Assembly (NCBI GenBank): GCA_973895155.1
Contig: OZ316897.1
Span: 1,638,515 to 1,702,514, forward strand
Source: Marsupella aquatica
Taxonomy: Eukaryota; Plantae; Marchantiophyta
Reading direction: 5' to 3'
Length of the DNA: 64,000 bases
Part shown: piece after piece, positions 25,141 to 38,500 of the stretch
Layout of the letters: each line of letters starts with the position of its first letter
Numbering within the stretch: position 1 is the first letter of the stretch
Translations under genes and position numbers: made by a program
The notes under the pieces: generated by a model
The model's input: the letters and a program-made list of their open reading frames with translations, nothing else
What the model was told of the DNA's origin: nothing
Databases searched by the model: none

Positions 25141-25850
25141 ACCTAAATGGTCAATTCCCTTCAACCATCCTATGCTTCTCTCTACCATAATTATATGCCA
25201 CCCCTCTTGGTTACCCTCCTAAGATACCATAAAAGTAACCCAAGATACTATAAAAGTAAAACCTCTCTTTCAAACCCTCCTAAGTTGGCCTAAACCCCAA
25301 AACCCAAAACATAAAACCCCTCCTAGCTCTTACCCTCCAATACATATAACCCCAATCTTCATAAATAAAACCCCCTGCAAACCCAAAACATAAAACCCCT
25401 CGTATCTAAGCCAATCTAAGCCCAAACTTCACAAAAGAAACCTCCCCTAACCAGGCCAAACCCCCTCCTCTTACCCTCCAATATAACTCCTTCAATTTTC
25501 TAACCCCCCAATCCTTATCTGATCACATCCCACTAAAATGCAACATAATCCTCTACTTCTACCCCATTTAATGTTCATAAGCCCCCTTAGTATCCCTAAC
25601 AACACATCAAATACGCATGTGAGACGGGGGTTATGGCAAAACTAAATAGCGAAGGCGTTTGCGAATCCTGAAGCTTTGCAAAGATAGCATTTGCGAAGCT
25701 TTTTGCAAAGGCAGATGCATTGCAAAGCCTAATATTTTGAATCCTTATGGATTGCCGAGCGCGGACAAGGCGGATTCAGTTCATTCAGGCCTGAGGAGAG
25801 CAACGAGGGCAAGGGCGGAGCGATGGCAAGCGGAGAGGGGACTGGTGGTG

Positions 25851-27925
25851 ATGGAGGAGCTTCTGGCAGCAGCGGAGGCAACCGAGGGGGGGGATCGATT
25901 GAAGGCGATTGTGGATGAGCATTTTTTGGTTGCACAGTTGAGTCAAATTGATTTCAGCAGTCCAGCAGGGCTGCCATCATTGAGTGCCCTTCTGGGCCAA
26001 GCCTTGCAAGCAGGTCTCACTGCAGGGCAAGCAGCAGTAGAGGAGGATGCAAGGAAGGCAGCAGAGCAGGCGGCTGCTGAGAGGAAGCGAAAGAGGGACG
26101 AGAGAGCTCAGGCTGGAGTGCTCTCGCCTCAAGCATTGGAAAAGAAGAGGAGGAAAGATGAGAGAGACCTGATCAAGAAACAGAGGGAGGAGCAAAGAAA
26201 GAAGGAGGCAGCAAGGAGGAAGCTGCCTCTGATTACTTTAGAGGATGAGGGGATTCCCACCGAGCTTGCTTACAATGGGGCCAAGAGCAAAATCAGGCAC
26301 ATTGTATCCACAAATTTTGCAAGAGGAGTCGAGTGGGGCACTCACTCAAAGGTAGAGCATAAGCGAGTCATCAATCAGGTGAAAGATGCATTTTGAAATG
26401 GAGGAGAGATGGATTCACAGTGGCTTGCTGACAAAATTTCAAACTCCATGTCACAAGCTAGATACCATGATAGAATGAAGATCAGGTCTCACCTTAGAGA
26501 TTTGGAGGAGTATAGGAATTTGCAGAGGCCGCTGCAATTCTCAGAAGATATCTGGCAGGCCTTCTACCAGACAGAGGTGAAGTTGAAAGCAGCCAGGCTC
26601 CTCAATGATTTCACAGAGAAGCTGGCAAAGGCTCAAAGGGCAAAGGAGGCCGGGAAGTCTGACCGGGACCTGCAGGTGATGGAGCAGAAGGTAGCCCAGC
26701 TCCAGCAGGTTGTAGCAGAAGTAGACGATCCACCCAACAAGTTCTTGAAGGCAGCTAAGTGAGTCCGAGACAAGCCCAACATCATCCACAGGCTGGGTCA
26801 AGGTGGCCTCCCCGGCCTCAAAGCAGCATTCGTGAGTGCACCTCCCTCTCCTCCCTTGACTTCTTGCTACTCCAATTCCTATTCCAACACACCTGCAATG
26901 AGCCAACTCTTTCTTGCATTTCCAGCAAGTAGTTACAATTAGACTTGTTGTGTCAGATTAGGTTACGTACAGTTGCTTCCCTCTCAGGTTTTTGCCATGA
27001 CAGAGTTTGCGATGCATTTGCGATGCGGGTAGCTTCGCAAATCCTTTGCAAACCTTATTATGCCCTTTTTTTGCTTAAGTTTGCAAAGGCATTGCGAATA
27101 CGTTTGCATCGCAACCAGCTTCGCAAACGTAATTGCCCTTATGATTGCGAAGCTGACGCCTTCGCAAACTTTCAAAAATTTGAATTTTTAAATTTTCTGG
27201 TCGTTTAAGTGTTCTTTGAGGGTCTTCCCCATATATGCCACCCTCCATAAATCCAAAACCTTGATGCACCACCCCACCAGCCCCAACAAACCCCCTAATT
27301 TTTAGAAGACATGTGAATCGGGTTATGGGTTGGTGTTAACCCAATTGTGCTGGTTTTGTTTTGGCTTAGTATAAGAGGTACAAGAGGAAGATTACAGCGG
27401 CTGAGATGGAGGTGGGCCAGAAACATGGGAAGGAGCATCTCTTTCAGCAAGTTGATGAATTACTGGTGAGCATGTTTAGGTTATTACATTCATTGCAATT
27501 TTGAATGAATATATCTTTTGTTCACACTTGTAAAGAATATGAGACTAACAGACACCCTGGTTTGCTAATGGAAGCAGGGAGGGGAGGATGGTGACTCCCA
27601 TACCGAGGGTGGCACCGATAGTAGTGATGAGGATGTGGAGGGGACAGGGGAGGGGAGCACAGCTCCTGCTACTCAAGCCAGGCCAACTAGCACTGGAGAC
27701 CAGTCATTTGCATCAGCACATTCCAGTGGTGCTGGGGGTGGTAGCGCGGCAAGCCAGGGCGGTGGAGGTGGGGATGAGGATGAGGATGAGGATGAGGAGG
27801 AGGGTGACCTCGAGGGTGACCAAGAGGAGGAGGAAGTCCAGGTTGCACCCCCCCCAAGAGCACGCAAGGGCAAGGAGAAGGCCAAGGGGAAGAAGGCAAG
27901 GAGGGGCAGGAACACTCCTTTCTAG
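25851..27925 (+). pseudogene. CACTA second (TnpA/Ptta-like) gene, divergent from the transposase
   Basis: Same-frame ORFs broken by TGA at 26394 and 26760; read-through gives IIHRLGQGG, typical of CACTA ORF2; GTGAGT donor at ~26832; acidic/basic C-terminal exon to 27925. Confidence 0.65.
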
Positions 27926-28852
27926 CTCTATGTAGACAGGTTGTAGCTAGAGCACTTACATCGAGTTCACATGTATAGCGATCAGCATGCATGGCCGTGG
28001 CGCCTTACCTAAGGGTTTTTACCCTTCCTTTTTGTAACTTTTGTACTTTTTCAGTAATGCCATTTTAATTGCGGCAGACTAGGTCAACATCACTTTCCTC
28101 CCTCCTTCAAAACCCATGAATGGTCTCCCTCACCCTCACCCTAACCCAAATACACAAAAACCCATAAAAAAATACATTTTGCGAAGCTTTTGAGAACCAA
28201 CCCCCATCTCAAAGAGCCACGGCGAACGTATCGCAAAAATTCCGAGAACAAAAGCATCGCAAAGCTTGCGATGTTGTCTAAATCACACCCCTAGCGAAGA
28301 CTACCTCTCCGCAGGTTTGCGAGTTACATGCCTTCGCAACAAAGCGGTCATCCAATTTTCGCAATCTTGCGAGTTATTTTGCATCGCAAGTTATAGAGAA
28401 ATTTAACATCGGAAATTACGATGTAAATGTTATCGCAACACGAGCGATCCATTTGTTCTCGCAAAATAATGAAATTCGTCGTTTCTCAATATTTGCAAGG
28501 ACAATGCCGTCGCAACGTTGCGGAGATGTTGCGATGTATTTAGAATCGCAATTTGCGAAGTAGTTGCGAAGGGCCGTTTGCGAAGGATTTAACATGGGAA
28601 GTAGCGAAGATGTTGCGATGCGAGGAAGTTCGCAAAGTGGGTATTTTGGATTTTGTTTCCTTTGTATGATGCGAAGGGTGGCGGTTCGCAAAAGAGGTGC
28701 ATAGTGTTGTAGTGATGGTTTAGTTGGGCTCTCTCCATGGTCCATGCTATTGCCCAAAAATTCAACCAATTCCATACCATTTTCAACTCACATTTTTCAC
28801 ACCCAAATAGTGTGACTACTATTACAAACAAGATTCATGGTTTCATGCAACA

Positions 28853-29430
28853 CTAGCTCAATACCCGTGCGTTGCACAAAAGAAGTCAAGTTGGCCAAAA
28901 TGTCGTTAAAAAAAATGTTGTTTCGGCCAAGAGGTTGTTGAGAGAAAATATGTCATATCGGCCAAGAGGTCGTGGAGAGAAAAGATGTCGTTTCAGCCAA
29001 GAGGTCATTGAGAAAAAAAGATGTTGTTAAGTAAAAAGAAGTAATTTTGCCAAAGATGCCATTATGTGAAAGATGGTGATAACAAAAAGGTGTCATTTTG
29101 CCAAAGATATCATGAACTAAAAGATGTTATAAGAAAAAAGGTGTCGTTTCACCCAAGTTGTCGTTATGGGAAAGATGTTATGAAGTAAAAAGTCAATGAG
29201 AGAAGGAGCGAGTTTTTTTCTTTTGTTTTGTTTTTTACCCAAAATGCCCTTGCATTTGATTTACTAAACAATATTGTTTGTCTAAAGATGTCAATGCATA
29301 ACGGATGAGGTTGTGCTAAAGATGTAGTTGAGAAAAATTACCATGTTGCTAAAGATAGCTTGAGTAAAAGATTTTGTTTGTTAGAAGGATCTAATTGCAT
29401 AAAAGATGTTATTGGGTAAAAGATAGCATG
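28853..29430 (-). mobile_element. Second non-autonomous Helitron 3' portion, same family as 9300-9761
   Basis: Reverse complement GTGCAACGCACGGGTATTGAGCTAG|T ends at 28853; same AAGATGTC minisatellite. Confidence 0.75.
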
Positions 29431-30441
29431 ACTCAAAAGGGAGGCCACATCAACCACCAAAGTATAACACAGTGACAATGATTTTTCTCATTTTTTTCCT
29501 TTCAAAGCTCAACAAACCACCCCAAACCAACCAACCCCCCCCCCCCTCCTTTGTTTCCCTCTGTTTTATTACTTTTTGGTCTCTTTTTCTCTCATTGATT
29601 AGATTATGCTCTACTTCTTGACTATGTGATATTTGCAATTAAACTACTATCATTATGTAGCCCCATATGCATGGATGATATAGCATGGATGGTAGAGGGA
29701 GGAGCATGGTATTGCATGGATGGTAGAGGGAGGGACATGGTATAACGTGTATAGTAGAGGGAAGAGCATATAATTTGTATACATGGATGGTAAAGAGAAG
29801 ACTTTGTCTTTTTCCTTCTAGTTTGGGGACACGTGCATTCACTTTTTCATTCACACTAAATATAATTCATTTGTTCTTTATTGCTTTCACTTTTTGCAGT
29901 CTTTGTTTTTTTCACCCCAAAAGCTACTCCAAATTTGAATGACGACCACTTCATAAAAAGGCGCAACCTTGTATTATAGTTCTTGATTTTTGGTATCAAT
30001 AGCCACTCCATGAATAATGTGTAACACTAATTGAATTACTCACAATCACTGTTAATACAGATTTAGTGTTAGTAAGACTATTTCAAGAGGGATTCAAATT
30101 TTTTGGAGCTACACAATTAGTGTTAGTAACACTAACTACGGTAAACAGTGTACTTGGTTTGTCTTGGGGTTACCATGGCTAGCTCATCAACTCCGGGGCG
30201 GAAACATGCACATCAAAATGTGACATATACGGTGTATGACATTTCTCCATACCATGATAGGCCATTTTATTCTCTTTAAATCACAGAATGCACAGAGTTT
30301 ACAGTGCGCGCACTCAGTGATTTAAAGAAATTAACCACGTTATCATGGTATGGAGGAATGTCGCACACCGTATATGCGACATTTTTCGAAGGGCTTTTTG
30401 TTGGATATGAATAACGCTTTGACGATGGATGTAGGCATAAA

Positions 30442-30512
30442 GGGCTCGTAGCTCGATGGTAGTGCACTACGTTGTACACGGGAGGTCCCAGGTTCAAATC
30501 CTAGCCAGTACA
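30442..30512 (+). pseudogene. tRNA-derived sequence (tRNA-Val-like pseudogene or SINE head)
   Basis: A-box TAGCTCGATGG, B-box GGTTCAAATCC, possible TAC anticodon; acceptor stem pairs poorly. Confidence 0.6.
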
Positions 30513-33345
30513 ATTGACTTGAGATTTGCAGCACAGTTACCCCAGAAACACCCGCGACCCATCTCACTTATCACATACCCCCTACCATACGGGCCCGGTT
30601 GCACGGTTAGCGTAGAGGAGGCTATGCAGCTTATCATGGAGTATCGAGCTGGTCACTACGGACCCATTCATGAGGATGATGTTTAGCACTATCCATGCCC
30701 GTGTTGTGCATGTGAATAAACTTATTCATCACAGTATGATCCGACAGTCCTTGATTAAGATTCCACACGACGTTTCTCATAGTATGTATTTTAGGAGTTC
30801 ATTGTAGGCGTGAGATTGCAATGAAAATAATAGTGCCGTCACCTGAGGGAATCATGGTCATGAATAGTGACCCAATTCCATGTTTGACATGCACAGCTCT
30901 GGACAGAACCCATGTTTTGAACAGGATTGATTATGCAAACGGGGTGGATGAAAATGCACACAGTAAACCTGACTTTTACGCCCCTCTTCATGTTCTTCAC
31001 TCTCTTTCTCGAGGTCTAGGTTTATGGTTCTGATATAGCATGTTCATGTTGGAACACGTATTTTTTTTGGTCTAGTAGTGATATGTAATTTTATGATAAA
31101 AGAAGTAGGTAACTAGGTACACATAAAGTATATGCCAAGAAATAAGATCTCTTAATTAAGAGTGAGTGCCATAACACACAAAACCATAAATCATCATGCA
31201 AAAAAAACATATTATGACCAAGAAAGTATAAAGTTACTAAAGAGTTGTGCACATACAGTACAAGATTTCACTTCCTTCTAAGTAATGACAGTGAACTCAC
31301 TTAAAACCATAAATTTTGTAAAGGAGCTAGATCACTAGGGGAACTTAGTACACTAGATGTGCACATTGTTCAAACTCATTTCTCTCACTTTCATTAGAGA
31401 AAAGATAATTCACTAAGGAGTGAATGAAAGATTAAACATTTAAGAGGGGAGCCAAATACTTTCAAAATACTATAAGTTCACTAAAATTAAAAGGGGTACA
31501 AAAGTTAATTCAAAACCACTTTCGTAAGGCACATTAAAATCAAAATACTTGACACAAAATAGGAATAAGACAAAATGCCAAAGGTTAGATTCACCATATA
31601 GCAGCTTCACGTGGTTCTGAGTAACTCACTTGTGGAGACAACGTTGTGTAAATCGATAAGCAGAGTAGATGGCATTTTGTAAAGGAATCAAGCACAAGTC
31701 CCTAAGCCCATCCAAACTATGCAGAGGAAAGATCATCTACTTCTATAATTTAATCCTAAACTGTAATACAAGGGTCCGCTCTTTATAGAGTGGTTGTGAT
31801 TTGAATTTGAAGGGCCCAAAAATGTAAACAGTCTGACAATGACAAGGAATAGAGAAGAAGTTAACTACATTTAGTGTGGAGGGAAAGGGTGACACACTTT
31901 TCCAAACAAGAAAATGGTGCTCTCAATGCAAGAGCCTCCATTTGGTACCATTCATACATAAAGTGTTACTCCCTCTCTAATCTTCTCATACTTATCTCTC
32001 CTCAACATCTTTTCATTGACTTGCCATATTTGTGGAATCAGCTAGTCTCGCCATCTTTTCTCACATTCATATCTTTATCTTACCACTAAATTTTATTCTC
32101 ACTATATGTTTTTCTCTCAACTTTAACATTTATACTATCCAGGACAATATGCGGTGTCACCTTGACATCTTATGTTTTTTTCATGTTGCCATAATTTTTT
32201 CACTTCGACATCTTCATGTCACCCTGAACATCATGCCCTTAACCTGGATATCTTTTCTCTCCTCTACTTCGCTTCCCCCATCTTTTCCTCATCTTTGCAT
32301 GATATTCTCACCTCACCATCTTTTTTTCATCTCCACATCTTTTCTACAGGTCTAGTTGTGGAAAGCCTTTTCTGAGGAAGTGTTCTAAAGGAGTATTCAA
32401 TCTACATTTTCCAAAACTTTTGAAACCTTTTAAGCGACAAATGAAGTTATTTAAAGAAGATGAAGGAGTTAACGCTCTAAAACTGCTTTTACATTGAAGG
32501 ATCCTTTTTAATCGACAATTGCTTTTACATTGGAAGAATTATTCAGGCGTTTTTAAGTTGGATTTTGATTCAAATTTTCTTAAACCATTTTCTCTCCCTT
32601 TTCCTAAATTGAGCTCATTAGATAGAATTTAGCTTAGCTAAAGTAGTTTAGCCATCATTAGGAGTCTTAGTTAGGAAAGTAGTTAGAACTACTTACCTCT
32701 TCAGATCTTCCATTAGTAGTTAGTTTTTAGGTAGTTAAAAAAACCTTTTCAAATCTCTTTGATTTGTAAGGGAGTGATACAATTGAACTCCCAGGCAAAT
32801 TTGCCTTGTCATTTTCTTTGGAAACGATTTGTGACCAGTATGGGTTTTTTCCTCATGCCAGGTTGGGCTTTAGGAGGAAGAATCGCAGAAATGAGAAAAT
32901 GCACCACCCAAAATCCACTGTTATTCATGATTCCCTCGTGCATTTCTTGCAAACCTTGGAATGAATGAATACATTTTAAGAAAACATTTCTTTGGTTTTG
33001 TATGGAAAAATATGAGTAAAGTTCTGAAATCTAGAGTTTAGAGAATTGTAGTGAAATCTCTAATGTAAAGCCGATCTCTGTTGAGTATAAGGAATTTAGG
33101 AATGGAACGAAAATCAAACTTCTATTGAGAAGGAGCGATAGTCTGAGAGTTTCCATATTAAAACAATTGATCATAAATATTTTGAGTAATACATAGTAGT
33201 TGTGTAAGGAGAGAGACTCCTAAAGACCTCAAAGACCTTAATACCATCATAAATCGATTTCCTTTATTCCTTACGGGAACGAATTCGAGTTTCTAAGATA
33301 TATTTTAGACAAGTTTCATCTAAAACACTTACCACATATTCTTTT

Positions 33346-33363
33346 TGGCGCCGCTGCCGGGGA
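33346..33363 (+). promoter_or_regulatory. Primer binding site complementary to the tRNA-Asp 3' end (Athila-type)
   Basis: TGGCGCCGCTGCCGGGGA, one mismatch to TGGCGCCGTTGCCGGGGA; LTR-like CA end at 33336. Confidence 0.85.
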
Positions 33364-35548
33364 ATAAATCAAGAAATCAAGTTATGAAGACAACGGACTG
33401 AAGTTTCGCCAAGAGATTGGAAATTGAGAACAAATTGAAGCCTGAAGGTTGCGCCAAAGCTTAACAAATTGTTCGTGATGGAGGATGATTTGTGGATACC
33501 GCCCTTGGTGTTTAAGTTTGATGTACAACCATTCACCATCAAGAATGCACCCAAAATGTATGTCAAAAGGATGACCAAGGTACTCCATCAAATCCTCAAA
33601 GAGGAAACGAATAACAGGGTGCAGGAAACCGAACCGTCAACCCTTGACGCCAAGAAGGAATCATCTTGACGAAATGAATTGATAGACGTATCAATTCATT
33701 GGTAATTAAGATTGACGAGTATCATAGGTTGCAAATGTTCCTGATCTAAGATAGTATTTAAGGATTTGATGTTGTGCGGTAGCAGGAATCTGAATTCTGA
33801 CAGCTTCAATTTAAATTGCTGAATGAGCAACGCGAATAAAAACGGTTACAAAATTTGGGGATTTTCAATTGCGCCAATGTGGTTTGGAATTCAGAATATA
33901 TGGAGGCAGTCTGATACATAATTGTTTTTAATTTATTTATTTTCTCATGGAGTATGTTCCTGAATGAATAATTAGAATTATGAAGTAAGGATGGATCTCT
34001 ATGAGTACAGACGGTACTAACCCCAGAGAGAGAGAGATACGCTATCGAAATAGAGAAGAGAAGAAACGCCTTCAAGCCCAAGCACAACTTGCAGAGCAAA
34101 GGTCAACATCGGCCTCTATAGATCGAGGAAAGGCCCCTATCAACAGAGATAGTCCAGTTCCTTATGTTGATCTTACGAGATATGTACTAGGTGGTTCCAT
34201 TGCTGAAAAGGAAAGAACGAAGGATGATTTCAATCGCCAAGGAATAACTGACTCAGAGATTCAGCCCGAATTTTTTACTGTAGCAGAAAAGGTGAGAAAT
34301 TTAGAAGAATCCGTTACTCTTGATACAGATGTCCTTGATAGTAGTCCTAGAGTAGAAATTAGTTCTGCAATTAGAAATAATTCGTTGCCCCCGATTCCAT
34401 TACGAATAGTCAATAGTCAAGTTCAGCAGTCTACTGTTAGAGTACTTAGTACTTTGACATTTGCCATCATGACGACTTCCACTAGATTGAGATATACAGC
34501 TTTTAAAGGCAGAGGCCAGGACCCAGACGATTGGCTGGGTGAATTCTTATCGACGGCCAACACTAATAAGGAGAACACAGAGCCCGATCTCCTCCAAATT
34601 TTTGAAGGTCTGATGAAGAAAGAGGCCCATAAATGGTACACCTTATCCCTCACTCCTACCATTCAGGGAAGTTGGCCGGACTTGCAAACCGCTTTTCGGA
34701 AAGATTTTCGAGAAGCAGGAGCGACTTCGAGGGTACTTGCTCGATTAAGGAGAATTCGCATGAGAAAGAAAGATACCTTAAGGACTTATTCTCAGGAGGT
34801 ACGAAAATTGATTTTGAAATTAAGACCTTTAATTACCCAGTGATGACATGCAAACCGAATATTTTGTAGGAGGACTACCACGTGAAATGAATCGGTATGT
34901 TAGACGAGCACACCCTGCCAACTTAGCAGCAGCGATTGAGGCTGCACACGAATTTGAGGATACTGAGATGTCCCAGCGTAAAGAGCTCAAGAAAGAGGAA
35001 AAACGAGAAAAGGAACGGGAAAAGAGGAAGCAAAAGAAGAAAAGATCCGGTTTTAAAAAGAAGGACCTGACTTCTTCGTCCTCCTCATCCTCTTCCTCCT
35101 CAAGTTCTAGTTCAAGTTCCTCATCGCCTTCAACCTCTTCATCTTCAGATGATGACTCTAGTAGTAATAGGAAAGATTGGAAGAAACTATATCGTTCTAA
35201 TAATGCATTGAAATCGCTTACAGGCGTGAAGAAAATGATTGATGATCTTAGTGGCAAATTCGACAAGCTTTCGGTCAATTTGGCAGACAATCGTCCCAAA
35301 CGAAGACCATTGCCCGTGCAAAGACCGAATGTTTGGTGTGCCCGTTCTGGAGAACGAGGCCACTACCTAGTGGAGTGTCCACATGTGGGGAGACAAGTGC
35401 ATTACATGGCAGAAGAATGGGATGACCAAGGTTGCTATGATGTGGAACCTGAAGAGCTTGATTGGTACATGGTCAGTAGTCCTTCATTTCCAAGAAGACC
35501 CATGGCCCCATCAAGACAACCTATGGGTCGGGACATGGGGATGAATAC

Positions 35549-38500
35549 TGTGATGCCGCCGGTACGGCGGTTAATGAGTGATTCGGTCTAACTGCGCTCG
35601 GCACGCACGTTAGGTGTGTTTGAGGCCGCTATTATTAGCATAACGACAGTATTTAGGTAATCATTAGGGGTAGGACATCATTAGGCAATAAGGGAGACTT
35701 CAGGTTCGGACTGGCGGCGGGTCGCTATTCGCACACCCGAGTTACGAGCGTGGAAGGGCCCCTCCCTCGGGTCCATATAACGAACTTAAGGAAGCGGCCA
35801 CTGACGCACGCTGACTCAGACCGGCGGAGTGGCCGGTACACCACAAGCGTGAGCGGTTCAGCCTATGGGCGTCGAGGAGACGTCAGGGGATCGACAAGCC
35901 CTCAAAGTATAAAAGGGGAGCCAACCCGTTGTAGTGCACCAGTCCATCAGTCCACGCGCCAGCTTCAACCCCAGCTCTCTCGTTCTCTCTAGGTCGCCAC
36001 TACTATCTCCTCTGAATGTTGCACACGATCCTCTCCAGCTCGGCCATTCGATTCTGGACGCAGTTCCTATCTACCGAAAGGCACTTGGTCGATTCATTGA
36101 AACACGCCAACCCGCGCCGATACGAAATCGAATGCGAGTACAAGAGAGCCATCCGCCTAGCAGGACGACACCACTATGTCCTTAACTTTGACTACCCATC
36201 TCAGAGCGAGCTTTACCGACCAGCAGAGGTATCTGGGTACTTCTTCAACGGAGACAAATATATCGGTTTCTGGGAAGCATTGCTTCGGCTTCCGGACGAG
36301 GTCTTCAATATCCCGGGTACAATCGACCTGCAGCAACATCACTTCGACCACATCCCTGCCTAGGTTCGGGCTGTCATTAACAGCGAGTCTAGTACCAACC
36401 GTTCGACAAGGGCGTCCGCACTCGCTTTGGAGAACTTCTACCAGCACCTGCAGAGCTTCATGGGAACTCGGCCATCAACCAACATGACCAACTCAGCCGT
36501 GCCCGTACCCGTACCCGTGCCCATGCAACCCCAGCCTCAACCTCAGGCTCAGCTTCAGCTTCAGCCTCAGCCGTAGCCTAGCCAAACCCCACCACCTATC
36601 GCCCAGCCAGCACAGGTACGCTCCGTCATCAACGCTGTGGATCTTAGCGATGACGACGAGGCTACCCCACCCTTGACCAGGCGGCCCAGAGGAACAAGCG
36701 CTCGGGGGGCCGACACTATATCATCCCCACCCCCTGCTCTAACCCCAGGAGCGGCCCCGGCAGACAACATGGTGACCGTGGCCGCCCCGGGCCCGTTACT
36801 AACGGCAATGGCACTACCCAGGCCCGATCGGGAGGATGGGGAAGTGTCACCTTCCCCGAGCCAGTCACGGGGAAAGAAGAGGAAGGAATCCGCCACTGCA
36901 TCCGGATTACCGTTGGCCACGGTAGCTGTAGCCAAGGTGACGATGCACCGCATGGGGGAAAACGTTCACAACAACATCCTCCATCCCAAGCATGCGGTGT
37001 ACCTGAAGACTCAGGGATTTGAGCACCTCACCTCTCTCCCCTGGAACACTTGCAGGTACTACGGGGAAGACATGACAGAGTTCATCAAGAATTATGATGA
37101 CGTACATCAACAGACTCGGCTGCGGGGAAGGAATATGTCCCTCACAGAAGAACGGCTCAAGATGATCTTTGGGTTACCCGAAGGTGACCATCGAGTCGAA
37201 TCACGGGCTCCCGGGGGCAAGGGAGCCAAGTACCAATCTTCAAGTTTTCCCTCAGAGGGAGCAGTAGACAACGGGTTCGTGATGAGGACCTGCCTCATGC
37301 CCGAGATAGCTGAGCGGCTGGAGTTCCAAAGGTATGCTCTCCACATGATGGAACCCCGGGGGGAGATCTCCGCCGCCCAGGTTATCCAGGTCGAGAACTA
37401 TCGACCTAGGAAATGGGCGTCGTACTTCGCTAAGAAATTCCATGAAGAGATGGAGCGGCGAAGGAAGACGCTGTACATTGGCGGGAAGGCGTATTTCGCT
37501 AGCCACATCGAAATCATTCTTGAGTGGTACGCTCGGTTTGATCGACGAACCCTTCCCCGCATCAACGTTACCAAGCTGGTCCCAGCTAGGTGGGTTTTTC
37601 CGGCATTGGAGAGACGGCCCCAACCCGAGGCCCGAAGTCCAGCGGACACGCCAGCTTCACCCACCCCACCTCCACAAGTAGCTGTAGTCGTAACCGAGGA
37701 GGCACCGGATGGGTCGGTTGTCGCAACCGTTGATGCGACCCAACTAGCCGGACTAAGTACAGAAGTTGGTACGGCAGAGGTCTTACCCGAGCCCGGGTCT
37801 CCCAAGGACCCACCGGTGGCAATTCTGGAGAACCAGACATTGCTGCAGGAGGACACTCCAGCCCCTTCCAACGTTATGTCCCCAGGGCTGGACGTCACTG
37901 CCCCGGCCCCCGCGCGTGTTGACGTCTGCCCGTGCCCAAATCCGGATAGGCACAACTTGGACCACCCGGAACTCTTCGTACAGGGTACGTTTCTGAACGG
38001 GTTTTTGGGAGATTTCTCTCATCAAATTGCCCGGGATACCGGGGAGTTCATGGCCCGGAAGGTAGCCTATTTCTTCAATCAGGAGTTGGTTGCCGCAGTA
38101 AAGGCAGGTTGGGCCCAGTCGGAGGCCCTTCAGAGGATAGAGCGGTACCGGGTGGAGTCCGTGTACCTAAAGAATGAAGTGGCGGCTCAAGAGGCTGAGC
38201 TTCTGCAACTACGACCCAAGGTTGCAGCCGCCGATGAGTTGTTAGCAAAGGCGCACGCTCTTACTGCCCTAGCCGAACAGGCCAAAGCTGGGAACGAGGC
38301 CGAGATTACACGACTCCGGAACCAGATTGACGGTTTGAAGACTCAAGCTGTCACCTGGCAGAAAGACCTGGAGGAGGCCGAGGAACAAGCCCAGCGGGAC
38401 ACGGCGGAGATAGCCACGCTGCAGGCCGAGATGGCGCGGCTCCAAACCGAGGCCGAGAAGCAGGACCAGCTGGTGGGTAAACTGACGAGCGACGCCCAGC

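Larger units (their letters stand above)
17836..28714 (-). mobile_element. CACTA (En/Spm) DNA transposon, 10879 bp
   Basis: ATG|CACTACTACA...TGTTGTAGTG|ATG (3-bp TSD); TTGCGA/TCGCAA subterminal repeats at both ends; Tnp2 transposase inside. Confidence 0.92.
17634..30150. mobile_element. Outer TIR DNA element (MITE-like) hosting the CACTA element and a Helitron
   Basis: 27-bp TIRs at 17634-17660 and 30124-30150 (25/27 identical), flanked by TA on both sides. Confidence 0.7.

Noticed and set aside
9300-29430. Large inverted repeats as TIRs of a 20-kb element
   Set aside because: Each arm ends in a Helitron hairpin-CTAG facing inward; two independent insertions explain them better
31031-33336. 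Full 5' LTR of the gypsy element starting at TGATATAGCA
   Set aside because: No matching 3' LTR or TSD found, so the start cannot be supported
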